A DNA stretch of 64,000 nucleotides, taken from NCBI GenBank assembly GCA_964448705.1, contig CAYUZS010000001.1, positions 114,687 through 178,686 of the forward strand, in the 5' to 3' direction. Of the stretch, positions 44,969-55,500 are shown in pieces. The notes under the pieces were generated by a model. That model made no database searches and had not been told where the DNA came from. It was given only the letters and a program-made list of their open reading frames with translations. Within the stretch, counting starts at the first letter, position 1, and each line of letters opens with the position of its first letter. The DNA comes from an uncultured Gammaproteobacteria bacterium (lineage in GTDB: Bacteria; Patescibacteriota; Microgenomatia; UBA12405). Both the position numbers and the translations under genes were made by a program.

Positions 44969-45813
44969 TTTTTCTGTGGTAAATCGTGATGATATATTAT
45001 TTTACCTAAACCAAGCTGCAGATGACGACCTTTAAGACAATCGTAAATCATGGATTCTAATTCTGCCCGATATTGGGGACTATCTGCACGTTCAAATTCG
45101 GGAATTAAATCCGGCGATTCATTTTTTAGATATTCAAAAAGCCGGGATTTTATTTTGGAACTTAAATTTATATGTTCGAACCAAACTTTTTTTACACCAG
45201 AATTTTGTAGTTCATCAAGTAAGTTATTAATATCGTCTTTATTTTTAGTAAAGTGGGGAAGAAGCGGACCAATGAAGGCATAGGTGGAGATACCACTATC
45301 CGTTAAAGTTTTAATAGCTTTTAATCTGGCGGACACCGGAGGGGCCATAACTTCCAAGAAACGGGAGACTTTGTCATCTAAAGTGGTAACCGTGAAACCA
45401 ACACTAAGATTTTTTATTTTCTTTAAAATATCAATGTCTCTGACGACCAGCGGTGATTTGGTTTGGAGAGAAACAAGGTCGGGATAATTAACATCGACTA
45501 AAACCTGTAAACATCGTCGGGTTAAATTATATTTGGCTTCGAGGCCAGTATACGGATCGGTGACAGAACTAAAAAATATCGATCCGGAAATTTTTTTAAT
45601 TTCTTTTTTTAATAATTCCGGGGCGTTAATTTTGACATCCAAAAAACTGCCCCATTTTTCGTTTGGATGCTGCCAACGGGCAATTTGAGCAGCATAGCAA
45701 TACATACAAGCAAATTGACAACCGTTGTAAGGATTAACTACATAATCACAGCCAGGTAAGTTAGTTTTTGTGAGAATTGTTTTTGCCTGAATTTCCTTAA
45801 TTTTGGTGAGCAT
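44965..45813 (-). CDS. radical SAM protein, SplB/'DNA repair photolyase' (COG1533)-like
   Basis: NPYNGCQFACMYCYA is a CX3CX2C cluster in the G-C-x3-C-x-Y-C-Y context typical of spore-photoproduct-lyase-family proteins. 282 aa. Confidence 0.6.
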   Translation of the reverse strand: MLTKIKEIQAKTILTKTNLPGCDYVVNPYNGCQFACMYCYAAQIARWQHPNEKWGSFLDVKINAPELLKKEIKKISGSIFFSSVTDPYTGLEAKYNLTRRCLQVLVDVNYPDLVSLQTKSPLVVRDIDILKKIKNLSVGFTVTTLDDKVSRFLEVMAPPVSARLKAIKTLTDSGISTYAFIGPLLPHFTKNKDDINNLLDELQNSGVKKVWFEHINLSSKIKSRLFEYLKNESPDLIPEFERADSPQYRAELESMIYDCLKGRHLQLGLGKIIYHHDLPQKK

Positions 45814-45815
45814 GC

Positions 45816-46157
45816 TTAGTTAAAGATTACTAAGTTTGGATCGAGAAATGAAACTGACAAGAAATAAATCACTAAATACAGAACAATACCAAGTAAAAAT
45901 TTAGTTAGTTTTCTATTTTGAAAATTATTTTTTAATATTATCGGTATAACAATTAAGATGGTTATTTCGACAAAAAATGATAAGTAACCCAAGAAAAGAA
46001 TTGTTTTAGTGATTATCGGATTTAAGCTGCTCAAGTTTTCGTTTATATTTCCTAAAAAATCAAAAATAGACGGAATGTGCAAAATATCCTGAGTTATATC
46101 TTTTATAAAATGGATCAGAACTACTATAAAGATAATTTTTATAGTTATCTTTCTCAT
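45816..46157 (-). CDS. small membrane protein (hypothetical)
   Basis: 113 aa with 3 predicted TM segments. 4-nt overlap with rarA upstream. Confidence 0.3.
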   Translation of the reverse strand: MRKITIKIIFIVVLIHFIKDITQDILHIPSIFDFLGNINENLSSLNPIITKTILFLGYLSFFVEITILIVIPIILKNNFQNRKLTKFLLGIVLYLVIYFLSVSFLDPNLVIFN

Positions 46158-47317
46158 TTTTTCTTTTCTTTGAAATACTTCTTATTTTTAAGTTTGTCCG
46201 GAAGTAACGACTCATTGCTGTACATTTTGTAGTCTTTGCCATAGCCGATTTCTTTCATTAATTTAGTTTCAGGATTGCGGAGAGACATGGGAATAGGGAG
46301 ATTGCCATAAGTCTGGACATCTTTGAGGGCAGACATAAAAGCATCGTAGGCCGAGCGGTCTTTGGGACATTTGGCTAAATAAGCCACACCGTGGGCTAAA
46401 TTTTCCCGGCATTCCGGATATCCGATGGTTTCCACCGCCCGAAAAACAGCATTGGCAACCAACAGTGCGCTGGAACTGGCCAGACCAATATCTTCCGAGG
46501 CAAAAACAACCATCCGGCGGGCTATAAATTTAGGATCCTCGCCGGCATCGACCATCCGGGCCAGATAATAAAGAGCAGCATCAACATTGGAAGCACGCAT
46601 ACTTTTGATAAAAGCAGAGATGGTATTGAAATGTTCCTCGCCTTTTTTGTCGAAACGAAGATAAGAATTTTGAAGAGTATTTTTTAAATTCTCGATGGTC
46701 AGTTGATCATAAAGAGTGTGGGCATTGTCGATCATGGTGATAGCCTGACGGGCATCACCATTGGCCATTTGGATTAACCAATTTTTGGCCGCAGGAGTCA
46801 TTTTGGTTTTTAGAATCCGAAGACAGCGATTAATTATTTCTTTTATTTCTTCATCGGTCAATTCTTTGAGAACAAAAACGCGGCAGCGGGAAAGAAGTGG
46901 AGAAATAACCTCAAATGAGGGATTTTCGGTGGTGGCACCAATAAGGGTTAGCTGTCCGGACTCAACGTACGGTAACAAAAAATCCTGTTGGGCTTTGTTG
47001 AAACGATGGATTTCATCCAAAAAAAGGATTTTTTTATTTAATCCGGGCTGACCGGTGCCAAGAATTTTTTTAATGTCATCTTTGGAAGCAGAAACAGCGG
47101 AAAGTTCGTAAAGATCAGCCTGTGCTTCGTGAGCAATGATCTTGGCTAAAGTGGTTTTACCGACACCGGGAGGACCCCAAAAAATCATGGAAAAAACCTG
47201 ATGATTGGCAATAGCCAAACGAAGAGGTTTGTCCGGACCAACCAGATGACTTTGACCAACGAATTCTTTAAGAGTTTTGGGTCGGAGAATGGAAGCGAGT
47301 GGTTGAGAATTATTCAT
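46154..47317 (-). CDS. rarA: replication-associated recombination protein A (AAA+ ATPase)
   Basis: [16 protein letters not shown]..., Walker [18 protein letters not shown], Walker [12 protein letters not shown], sensor TTENP. The track ORF starts at 47404, overlapping the divergent gene; the start at M30 (47317) is preferred. Confidence 0.85.
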   Translation of the reverse strand: MNNSQPLASILRPKTLKEFVGQSHLVGPDKPLRLAIANHQVFSMIFWGPPGVGKTTLAKIIAHEAQADLYELSAVSASKDDIKKILGTGQPGLNKKILFLDEIHRFNKAQQDFLLPYVESGQLTLIGATTENPSFEVISPLLSRCRVFVLKELTDEEIKEIINRCLRILKTKMTPAAKNWLIQMANGDARQAITMIDNAHTLYDQLTIENLKNTLQNSYLRFDKKGEEHFNTISAFIKSMRASNVDAALYYLARMVDAGEDPKFIARRMVVFASEDIGLASSSALLVANAVFRAVETIGYPECRENLAHGVAYLAKCPKDRSAYDAFMSALKDVQTYGNLPIPMSLRNPETKLMKEIGYGKDYKMYSNESLLPDKLKNKKYFKEKKK

Positions 47318-47389
47318 CTTCGGATTTTGTTCGGGTGGTTTAGGATATGATTTTTGTTTAACAATGTCAAGATGGTTATAATGAGATAG

Positions 47390-48634
47390 ATGAAGATTTG
47401 GCAAATATTAATTTTCTGTTTTTTAATCAGATTAGTTTCTTTAAATCAATCTCTGTGGCTGGACGAGGCAATTTCGGCAAACGTGGCAAAAAATTATAGT
47501 TTTTCTGAAATTGCAACCAAATTTTCTCCGAGTGATTTTCATCCCCCGCTGTATTATCTGATGCTGAAAAGTTGGACCGGTGTTTTTGGATATTCAGAAA
47601 TAAGTTTAAGAATGCCATCGGTTATATTTTCACTAATAACCATTTATATAGTATATCTACTCGCCGGTTCCAAGGCAGCCTGGCTGACTGGATTAAATCC
47701 GCTGTTGATTTACTATTCACAGGAAGCACGAATGTATTCTATGGTCACCATGCTGTTAATAGCGGCTCTTTATTTTTTCAAACAGAAAAAATATTTATGG
47801 TTTAATGTTTTAGCATTTCTAAGTTTTGCAACTTTTTACGGCTCTGTATTTTTGCTGGCAGCATTGGCATTATATTTACTGATAAATAAAAGGTTTAAAG
47901 AATTGATAATCAGTAATATCGGATTAGCAGCGGCCATATTGGCACTATCTCCATTATTAAAACTGCAATTACAAACTTCAAAGGAAATGCTGGCAATAGT
48001 GACCAATTGGAACCTGGTGCTGGGAAAAGCCAATCTGAAAAACTTGCTAATTATACCGGTGAAGTTTACCTCCGGAAGAATTAGCTTTTTTCCAAAATGG
48101 ATTTATTATTTAGTTTCCGGAACATGGACAATGGTGGTGTTGAGTCGATTGTTCAGAAAAAATTTCTGGAATTATTTATTGATCTCAACTTTGGTAATAG
48201 GAACAATATTTTCTATATTTACGCCAATGATGCAATATTTTAGATTTTTATATCTGGTGCCGGTGATGGCGATGGCGATTAAAAAAAGCCGGATTGTGAC
48301 AACAGGATTTTTGATTTTTTCACTAGGGTATTTGTTGACTCCGGCAATGTGGCGGGAAGACTGGAAAGGTTTAAGCCATGATCTGGGAAATAGTGTTTAT
48401 ATGATAGAAAGTTTTAAAGATCCAGTGAAATATTACAGAAATGATGTTTTGGTTAAAGATATTAGAGGCAGGATAGGCGAAAAAATTGTGACGGTTATCC
48501 CCTACGGGGAAGCCATTCACGGAGTTGATCATCAGCAAATTTTAAAAGAGGCGGGATATCAAAAAATTAATGAAAAATCTTATCGGGAAGTATCGTTGGA
48601 AACATGGGAATTAACTAACCCAGCAAATCTTTAA
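47390..48634 (+). CDS. GT-C glycosyltransferase (family 39/83-like, ArnT/PMT-type), short form
   Basis: First-loop motif SLWLDEAISANVAKNY (DE..Y). 414 aa with about 11 TM segments. Confidence 0.55.
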   Translation: MKIWQILIFCFLIRLVSLNQSLWLDEAISANVAKNYSFSEIATKFSPSDFHPPLYYLMLKSWTGVFGYSEISLRMPSVIFSLITIYIVYLLAGSKAAWLTGLNPLLIYYSQEARMYSMVTMLLIAALYFFKQKKYLWFNVLAFLSFATFYGSVFLLAALALYLLINKRFKELIISNIGLAAAILALSPLLKLQLQTSKEMLAIVTNWNLVLGKANLKNLLIIPVKFTSGRISFFPKWIYYLVSGTWTMVVLSRLFRKNFWNYLLISTLVIGTIFSIFTPMMQYFRFLYLVPVMAMAIKKSRIVTTGFLIFSLGYLLTPAMWREDWKGLSHDLGNSVYMIESFKDPVKYYRNDVLVKDIRGRIGEKIVTVIPYGEAIHGVDHQQILKEAGYQKINEKSYREVSLETWELTNPANL

Positions 48635-49487
48635 TCCGGGGGACAGCTTCAAGACCGCTTTGATAACCAATTTCGATATATTTTTTGGCTTTGACAAAAT
48701 TAAGAACATTAATATCTTCAACCGGAGGAACAATACTAACGTCGGCCAGGGAAAGATTTTTTTCGGAAAGATGACAGACCATAACCTGCATGGAAGCATA
48801 GGCAATTTGAGTAAAGTTGGCTTTGGAAAGTTTTCGATAATTTTTTGGAAAAATACGACTATATAAACCAACAGCCACCACTTTTTCACCAGGTGAGGGA
48901 AATACTTCGGAAACCGGAATCGGATCGACAGCACCACCGTCGATTAAAATTTTTTGTTCATGTTTTAGAGGAGAAAAAATAGCCGGAATACTGCAGGAAG
49001 CGCGGATAGCGGTTGATAATTTTCCCTGACTAAAAACATATTTTTCTCCGGAGACAATGTCGGAACAAACAGCCCGAAATTTTATCGGTAAATCTTCAAT
49101 TCGTTTCTGACCGCACATTTTGTCTAAAAAATTTTCCAGTTTCTGCCCGCGAACCAGACCGCTTTTGATAGGCCAATCAATAAGCACCTTGGCAATTTCC
49201 AGGTAGTTAATTTCGTCAGCTATTGTCTCTAAACGATGAATGTTGGGATCGGCGGCATAGAGTCCACCGATTAATGCACCGGCAGAAGTGCCGGCAATTT
49301 GGGTGATTTCGATACCGGCTTCGGTTAAAGCTTTAATGACACCGATATGAGCCAAGCCTTTGGAACCACCGCCGCCCAGAACTAAACAAATCTTTATTGA
49401 CATAGCTAATGATATCAAAACCGATTTTGGTAAGAAGTGAATATAAACACCATGGCTATCTGTAGCTTTAAAGACTTTAAAAAACAA
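48615..49487 (-). CDS. patatin-like phospholipase
   Basis: GGGGSKGLAHIGV oxyanion box, GTSAGALIG nucleophile elbow (GxSxG) and a DGG catalytic Asp. Confidence 0.85.
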   Translation of the reverse strand: MFFKVFKATDSHGVYIHFLPKSVLISLAMSIKICLVLGGGGSKGLAHIGVIKALTEAGIEITQIAGTSAGALIGGLYAADPNIHRLETIADEINYLEIAKVLIDWPIKSGLVRGQKLENFLDKMCGQKRIEDLPIKFRAVCSDIVSGEKYVFSQGKLSTAIRASCSIPAIFSPLKHEQKILIDGGAVDPIPVSEVFPSPGEKVVAVGLYSRIFPKNYRKLSKANFTQIAYASMQVMVCHLSEKNLSLADVSIVPPVEDINVLNFVKAKKYIEIGYQSGLEAVPRIKDLLG

Positions 49488-49501
49488 ACACGTGTATTTC
49501 G

Positions 49502-50182
49502 TTATTGCTTCAGTTTTAATACCTCGTCTGTGGTTAAGGAACGATATTTTCCAAAAGGAAGATTGCCTATTTCAATCGGGCCGATGGCGATGCGATGGAG
49601 ATCAACCAAGTGAAGATGAAGAGCGGCACACAATAAACGAATTTGGCGTTTTTTACCGGTATAGAGAATTATTTCGATCACGGTTTGATTAAAATTGAAT
49701 TTTATTTTTCTGGCTTTGGCAACATCAGAATTCATTTCAGATATTTTGTTGTCCGGTACTTTGCCAAGAATAGTGACTAAATAAGTTTTCGGAAGATGAT
49801 AACGGGGGTGGGTAAGACGTAGAGAAAGATCGCCATCGTTGGTTAGTAAAATCAAACCGGTTGATTCGTAGTCGAGACGGCCGACCGGAAAAACCCGAGG
49901 TGAGGAAGGGACATAATTCATAACAGTGTCGCGGCCGCGATCGTCACGAACTGTGGAGAGAACGAATTTAGGTTTGTTCAGAAGATAATAAACAAACTGC
50001 TGAGGCTGGGGTTTAATTATTTTTTTATCGACAACAACTTCATCAACTTCAGAATTAATTTTTTGGCCCAATAATGCCGGCTTTTTGTTAACAAAAACGC
50101 GGCCGCGGGAGATAAATTCGTCGATCTGACGACGGGAGGCGACTCCCTGCGAAGCTAGATATTTATTAAGCCTGATTAATGG
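49502..50182 (-). CDS. rRNA pseudouridine synthase, RsuA/RluB family (S4 domain + catalytic domain)
   Basis: S4-domain IRLNKYLASQGVASRRQIDEFISRGRVFVN. Catalytic VGRLDYESTGLILLTNDG. Start taken at MPLIRLNKY. Confidence 0.8.
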   Translation of the reverse strand, partial: PLIRLNKYLASQGVASRRQIDEFISRGRVFVNKKPALLGQKINSEVDEVVVDKKIIKPQPQQFVYYLLNKPKFVLSTVRDDRGRDTVMNYVPSSPRVFPVGRLDYESTGLILLTNDGDLSLRLTHPRYHLPKTYLVTILGKVPDNKISEMNSDVAKARKIKFNFNQTVIEIILYTGKKRQIRLLCAALHLHLVDLHRIAIGPIEIGNLPFGKYRSLTTDEVLKLKQ

Positions 50183-50197
50183 CATAATATATATTAT

Positions 50198-51067
50198 ATG
50201 GCAAAGGATAAATATAGCGCGTTGTGGTTGAGCCACTCATCAATTTCCAGTTTTTTGGAATGCCCAAGAAGTTACTATTTGAAAAATGTTTATAAAAATC
50301 AAAACGGACACAAAATTAAGTTAATGTCGCCGCCTCTAGCCTTGGGACAGGCGGTGCATGAAGTGGTCGAATCTTTGTCGGAATTAAAAACAGATCAAAG
50401 ATTTAAAGAACCTTTGATGGATAAATTTGAAAAATCATGGAAAAAGATTTCCGGTAAACAAGGTGGTTTTTCTGATGAAGAAACAGAATATAAATACAAA
50501 GCCAGAGGTGAAGAAATGATCCGCCGGGTTATAAAACATCCCGGACCGGTGGCAGAACTGGCGGTGAAGATCAATATGGAACTCCCCTATTATTGGTTGT
50601 CGGAAGAAGACAATATTATTTTATGCGGTAAAATCGACTGGCTGAAATATATTCCGGAAGATGACAGTGTGGAGATTATTGACTTTAAAACCAGTAAAAA
50701 CGAAGAAGGAAAGGAAAGTCTGCAACTGCCCATTTATTCATTACTGGTGGCCAACTGTCAAAAAAGAAAAGTGGCCGGAGCTTGGTATTGGTATTTAGAA
50801 AGCAGCGACGAATTGACTAAAAAAGAATTGCCGGACGTTAAAGAAGCCGAAGAAAAAGTGCTTAAAATAGGTAAAAAAATGAAGTTGGCCAGACAAATGG
50901 GAATTTTTAAATGCCCACATGGTGAATCGGGCTGTCGAGCTTGCCGACCTTTTGAAATGATTTTAAAGGGAGAGGCAGAATTAGTAGGCAGTGATGAGTA
51001 TAAAGCTGATGTCTACATTCTCCACAAACCAACCAAGACAGAGGAAGAGGACAGCCGAATACTTTAA
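50198..51067 (+). CDS. PD-(D/E)XK nuclease, Cas4/AddB-nuclease-domain-like with 4-Cys cluster
   Basis: N-terminal Cys in LECPRSYYL, catalytic core IIDFKTSK..QLPIYSLL, and C-terminal CPHGESGCRACRPF (C-x5-C-x2-C). No CRISPR array or cas genes nearby. Confidence 0.6.
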   Translation: MAKDKYSALWLSHSSISSFLECPRSYYLKNVYKNQNGHKIKLMSPPLALGQAVHEVVESLSELKTDQRFKEPLMDKFEKSWKKISGKQGGFSDEETEYKYKARGEEMIRRVIKHPGPVAELAVKINMELPYYWLSEEDNIILCGKIDWLKYIPEDDSVEIIDFKTSKNEEGKESLQLPIYSLLVANCQKRKVAGAWYWYLESSDELTKKELPDVKEAEEKVLKIGKKMKLARQMGIFKCPHGESGCRACRPFEMILKGEAELVGSDEYKADVYILHKPTKTEEEDSRIL

Positions 51068-51678
51068 AAAAGACCCATTTGAGATTCTACAGCGGGAAGC
51101 GGATAGGAAAAATCAACATCGATTAAACGCGGGGTGTTCCATTTGTCTTTGTATTTAAGCTGTTTGTTTTTGAGACCAAAATCATAAACTTCCTTGGTAA
51201 CGATAACGTCCATCTCACAATATTTTTTTAATTTTGCCAGTGATTCCGGAGAGTGTTCCTGCCAGTAGGCAACGGCATTAAGACCATTGTCGATTTTGGT
51301 GTGGCCAAGTGTTTCGGTAGCGATGGCATTTAAACTGAGACGGAAACCAAGACTGTTTTTAACTTTTTCCAGAATATCAAAATGATTTAATTTTTTGAAA
51401 TCATAGGGAGAATGGGGAACCAGAGCCGGAACATCAAAATGGAGAGAATTAAATCCGATAATCCGGTCGGCATTAGAAAACAAAGGCCACATTTTTATAA
51501 AATCTTCCTCATAATAGGAGCTGATTTGACCGGAGATTTCATTGAAATTATCATCTAACTGACGGGTATAAAGTGAAACAATAGAAATACCCAAATCTGC
51601 GGGATTATTGGTGATGATATCGTCAAATATTTTCTTGGTTTCAATGTCAAAGATCACTTCGGTATAGGTTTGAGGCAT
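51064..51678 (-). CDS. DEDD-family 3'-5' exonuclease (RNase H-like fold)
   Basis: Exo I VIFDIETKK, Exo II ..GFNSLHFDVP, and Exo III region with H/Y..D. 204 aa. Its stop overlaps the convergent nuclease gene by 4 nt. Confidence 0.55.
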   Translation of the reverse strand: MPQTYTEVIFDIETKKIFDDIITNNPADLGISIVSLYTRQLDDNFNEISGQISSYYEEDFIKMWPLFSNADRIIGFNSLHFDVPALVPHSPYDFKKLNHFDILEKVKNSLGFRLSLNAIATETLGHTKIDNGLNAVAYWQEHSPESLAKLKKYCEMDVIVTKEVYDFGLKNKQLKYKDKWNTPRLIDVDFSYPLPAVESQMGLF

Positions 51679-51728
51679 GGGACTAAGATATCAGAAAATT
51701 CAGATGACTGCAATTATGCTATAGTATT

Positions 51729-52511
51729 TTGTTCATGGAAACAACATTGTACAGTTTTCCGATCATTAGAGACATTTTATCCCGAACCAATCACAGGGCG
51801 GAGAAGCTAGGAATTGTCGCTTTTATGAAATCTCTGATCAGAATCGGAAGAAATAATCTTGAAGTAACTATTCCTAAAGAAACTTGGAAAACATTAGCAC
51901 AAGAACCGGTACTGATCATCTCCAATCATCCGGCCGAATCAGACGTTCCTTTATTATTGTCGATACTGCAGGAAAGAGAGGACACTTATTTAATTGCCAG
52001 CCATCATTTTTTGAAAATATTACCCGATGTCGATAAAAATATAATTCCAGTGTACATCAGCCACCATCACTGGGAAACAAACGATGTCAGGTTGAAAATT
52101 TTTAACAAAGTACATCATTCCGAAATTTATAACCAGGAAGAAGCTCATGCAAAAAACAGAGAAAGTATTGCTTTGGCCGGAGAAAAAATTAATGCCGGAG
52201 GGGTGGTGGTGATTTACCCGGCAGCTCAGGAGATGAATCATCATTTTCGAAACGGGGTTGGGTTTTTGATGGAACAAATTCAAAATCCGAAAAAAGCCAA
52301 AATAGTAATGACTTACATAAAAGGAACATCACCGTGGGATTACCTCAGATTAGTCCCATTTTTAGGAAAGATTATGCCAAAGATAAAAATTGTGTTATCA
52401 AAACCTTTTCCCGTAAATGAGGTGATAACCAGCGATGGGAAAGCAACTACTAAAAAGTTAGAAACAAAATATAATTCCTGGACTAAAAAATTAGGGAAAT
52501 TGATTGATTAA
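51729..52511 (+). CDS. lysophospholipid acyltransferase (PlsC-like) family protein
   Basis: The LIISNHPAESDVPLLL block matches the H(X)4D acyltransferase motif. 260 aa, no clear TM segment. Confidence 0.45.
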   Translation: MFMETTLYSFPIIRDILSRTNHRAEKLGIVAFMKSLIRIGRNNLEVTIPKETWKTLAQEPVLIISNHPAESDVPLLLSILQEREDTYLIASHHFLKILPDVDKNIIPVYISHHHWETNDVRLKIFNKVHHSEIYNQEEAHAKNRESIALAGEKINAGGVVVIYPAAQEMNHHFRNGVGFLMEQIQNPKKAKIVMTYIKGTSPWDYLRLVPFLGKIMPKIKIVLSKPFPVNEVITSDGKATTKKLETKYNSWTKKLGKLID

Positions 52512-55500
52512 AACCACTTTTTTGTTAACTAAAGAAGTTTTATATTTGTGAATTGTTTTTTTATAGTTGGCTTTGGCAGGAACCCATTCGGACCAGGGAC
52601 CGGCAGTGCAGCCATTGACAGCCGCTACCCGGAAATAGTAAGTGGTTCGGGGGTCCAAGAGATTAACCGTAAAATTTTGTTCACCTTCATTATTGTTGAC
52701 GTAATTAAAAATGGCACTGAATCGATCTTCATCTTTTTTGTATCCATAGTTGACAACATAGCCGGTAATTTTGTCATTAATGGGAGTAAAAATTATTTTT
52801 GCTGAACCTTTTGTCGTAATTATTTTAAATAAGTCAGGTCTTGATAAGGGAGTTGTGTCGGTGCAGCGGGGAGGCTCGTGAAATAGGGTGAAAACCGGAG
52901 GGGAAGAATTGTTATTAGAATTATTATCAGAAGACGGTGGGATAGTCGGTTCGGGAGTGGTTGAAGCGGAACTGGCGGCAACAAAATATGAGGCAAGGTT
53001 GGTGGTAAACTGGCAAAAACCACTATTAATAGTACAAGTATCATTAACCAAACCTTCTGCAGTCCAAGCACTATCGAGACTCAGCGATCTAAAAATATGT
53101 AAAGTGTCTCCGTTGTAACTATCACCAACATAAATATTGATAGTAACCGGTGAACTAAACTTTAAAGTGGTATTGGCAATCCCCCATTGGACACCGGCTC
53201 GAGAGACATAATCAAAACCCAAATTGATACCGGTGGCGACATCAAAGGAAGAGACTCCTATCTGGGAGGCATCGAATTCATTGTCCGTATTTTCTGAAAT
53301 TGTGAGACCGTCACTTAAAGCAACACTGCTGGTGGTGGAAGTATCGCCAATGCTTATTAATATGTTCCCAGTGACACCGACAGAAAGTGAATTGTTTTCA
53401 ACGGTGCCCGGAGTAGTAGTAAATAATCCGGAAACAAAAAGATCGGGCAAATAATTACTAGTGATACTGAGGGTAGAAGGATTGATAGACCAATTATTAC
53501 CGGATGAAACTAGCCGTAAGGAAGAGATGGCATTGCCTAAGGAATCATAAAAAAGAGTGGCAGTGGAACCGACGTTTAAGACAAGACTACCACCGGCAAC
53601 AACACCACTGGAGATAAAGGTGATTTTCTGAGAACTATAAACTGCCGATGTTAACGACATAGTTGAAGGAGCAACCGTGAAATAATCAGAAACGTCCGTA
53701 CTATTACCAAGAGCCACACCACTATAGTCGTAAATATTTTCAGCAAAATCGATGACTAAAGTACTGCCGATTCCTGTCTCGATAGAAGCAGTGGGACCGG
53801 TATTATCTAAAATACAGGAGACAGTGACAACCGGACCTTCATTATCGTCGGTATCTTTGGCCTGAACATGAAGATAATAAGTTCCGGTGCCGGAAGAAAC
53901 ATAAGCACTATTACCAACACCATAGGCTCCACTGGGAGCGGAAGTGGATGACTGATCAATTAAATACCGATAGGTGTCGGTTGAAGGAGTGGCAGAACTC
54001 CAAGTCCAGGTTTTGGATTTTGCCGGGGTGGAATCATTTGACAAACCGGTAACTGCCGGCCCGGTGACGGAAAGACCAAGGGCGAGCACTGATTTATAAG
54101 CATTAATCCTTTTACCGGTAACTGTTTTTCCGGAAAGAGAATTGAGAGAATCTCCGTTGGTTAAAATATTATCCTTAAGCTGGGCATTAGTTAAAGAAGG
54201 GTCGATACTCAACAAGTAACCGGCCAAACCAGCAACATGAGGAGCGGCCATGGAAGTTCCGCTGAGAAATTCGTAATCTTCATTAGAACCATCGGTGTAA
54301 GTGACTACTTTTAAATTTTTTACCAGACAACCATCACCGGTACCACGGTCAGTGTCGCTGTCGGCTACCCAACGTAGGCGGAATTTAAAACTAGAAGTGT
54401 AATATTGACTGGCAAGATCCTGACTAATATCAGCAATATTACTACCATATAGTGCAACTAAAGAATAAGTGTTCCAGCGGAGCAATTCGGTGTAATTAGT
54501 CCCATCAGAACTGACTTCGAGAGCCATATAATCTGAAGAAGCACCCTGAGGATCGGTATTTTCCGTGTCGCATTTAGTAAGAAAACTAAACTTGACATTA
54601 TCAACAGTAGAAAGGTCAACAGTATCGTGAGTTAAATAAGAATCGACCGGATAATCGTAAGGAGTATGGGAAACATCACCATAAAGAACATTATAGATAG
54701 GGCCGGTGCCGCCAATATTATACGTTCCCCACGCTGAACCATAATCGGTTGTCCAGCCAGTAGGTAAATCCGGAGCAGTGGAATTATTAAAAGTTTCATT
54801 GACCAACGACAGCTCGTCGTAAGTGCTGTAGATATTAACACCGGGAGCTCCGACATCAACCGAGGTAGCGCCGGTGTTAGAAAAACTGGCCAGACTATCG
54901 CCCTGATCAGTAGCAGCAACGGAAATAATATCTGCTAAATTATAATCTGAAGGATAAGAATGAGTTTCGGTATCGTTGTCAACTGATTCATTACCGGCAG
55001 CGGCGATCAACAGACCTCCGGCATTTTCAAAATCACTGATGGCATTGTATTCAGAAGCAGAATAATCGGAACCACCATAACTGGCATTAATTATTTTGGC
55101 ACCGTTTTGTCGGGCAAAATTCATAGAGCTTATCAAACAGGAAACAGTCAGATCGCATTTAATGGCCATTATTTTTATTCTGGGGCCAACTCCGGCAATA
55201 CCCCGGGTATTATTTTGAGTAGCAGCAATAGTACCGGCAATATGAGTGCCGTGAGTATTGGAAGTAGGCAGAGGATCTTTGTCGTCGTCTTCAAAATCGT
55301 AACCATGCTGACAACCACCCAAATAATCGCCATTTTCATCAACACAGTCGGAACCGTCCCACATATTGTTTATAAGATCAGGATGATTGTAGGCAACTCC
55401 GGTGTCGATAACAGCCACAATTACATCGGAACTACCGGTGGAAAGCGACCAAGCGGAAGGCATGTCGATATCGGCATCGGCAACACTGGTGGCAGTGGCT

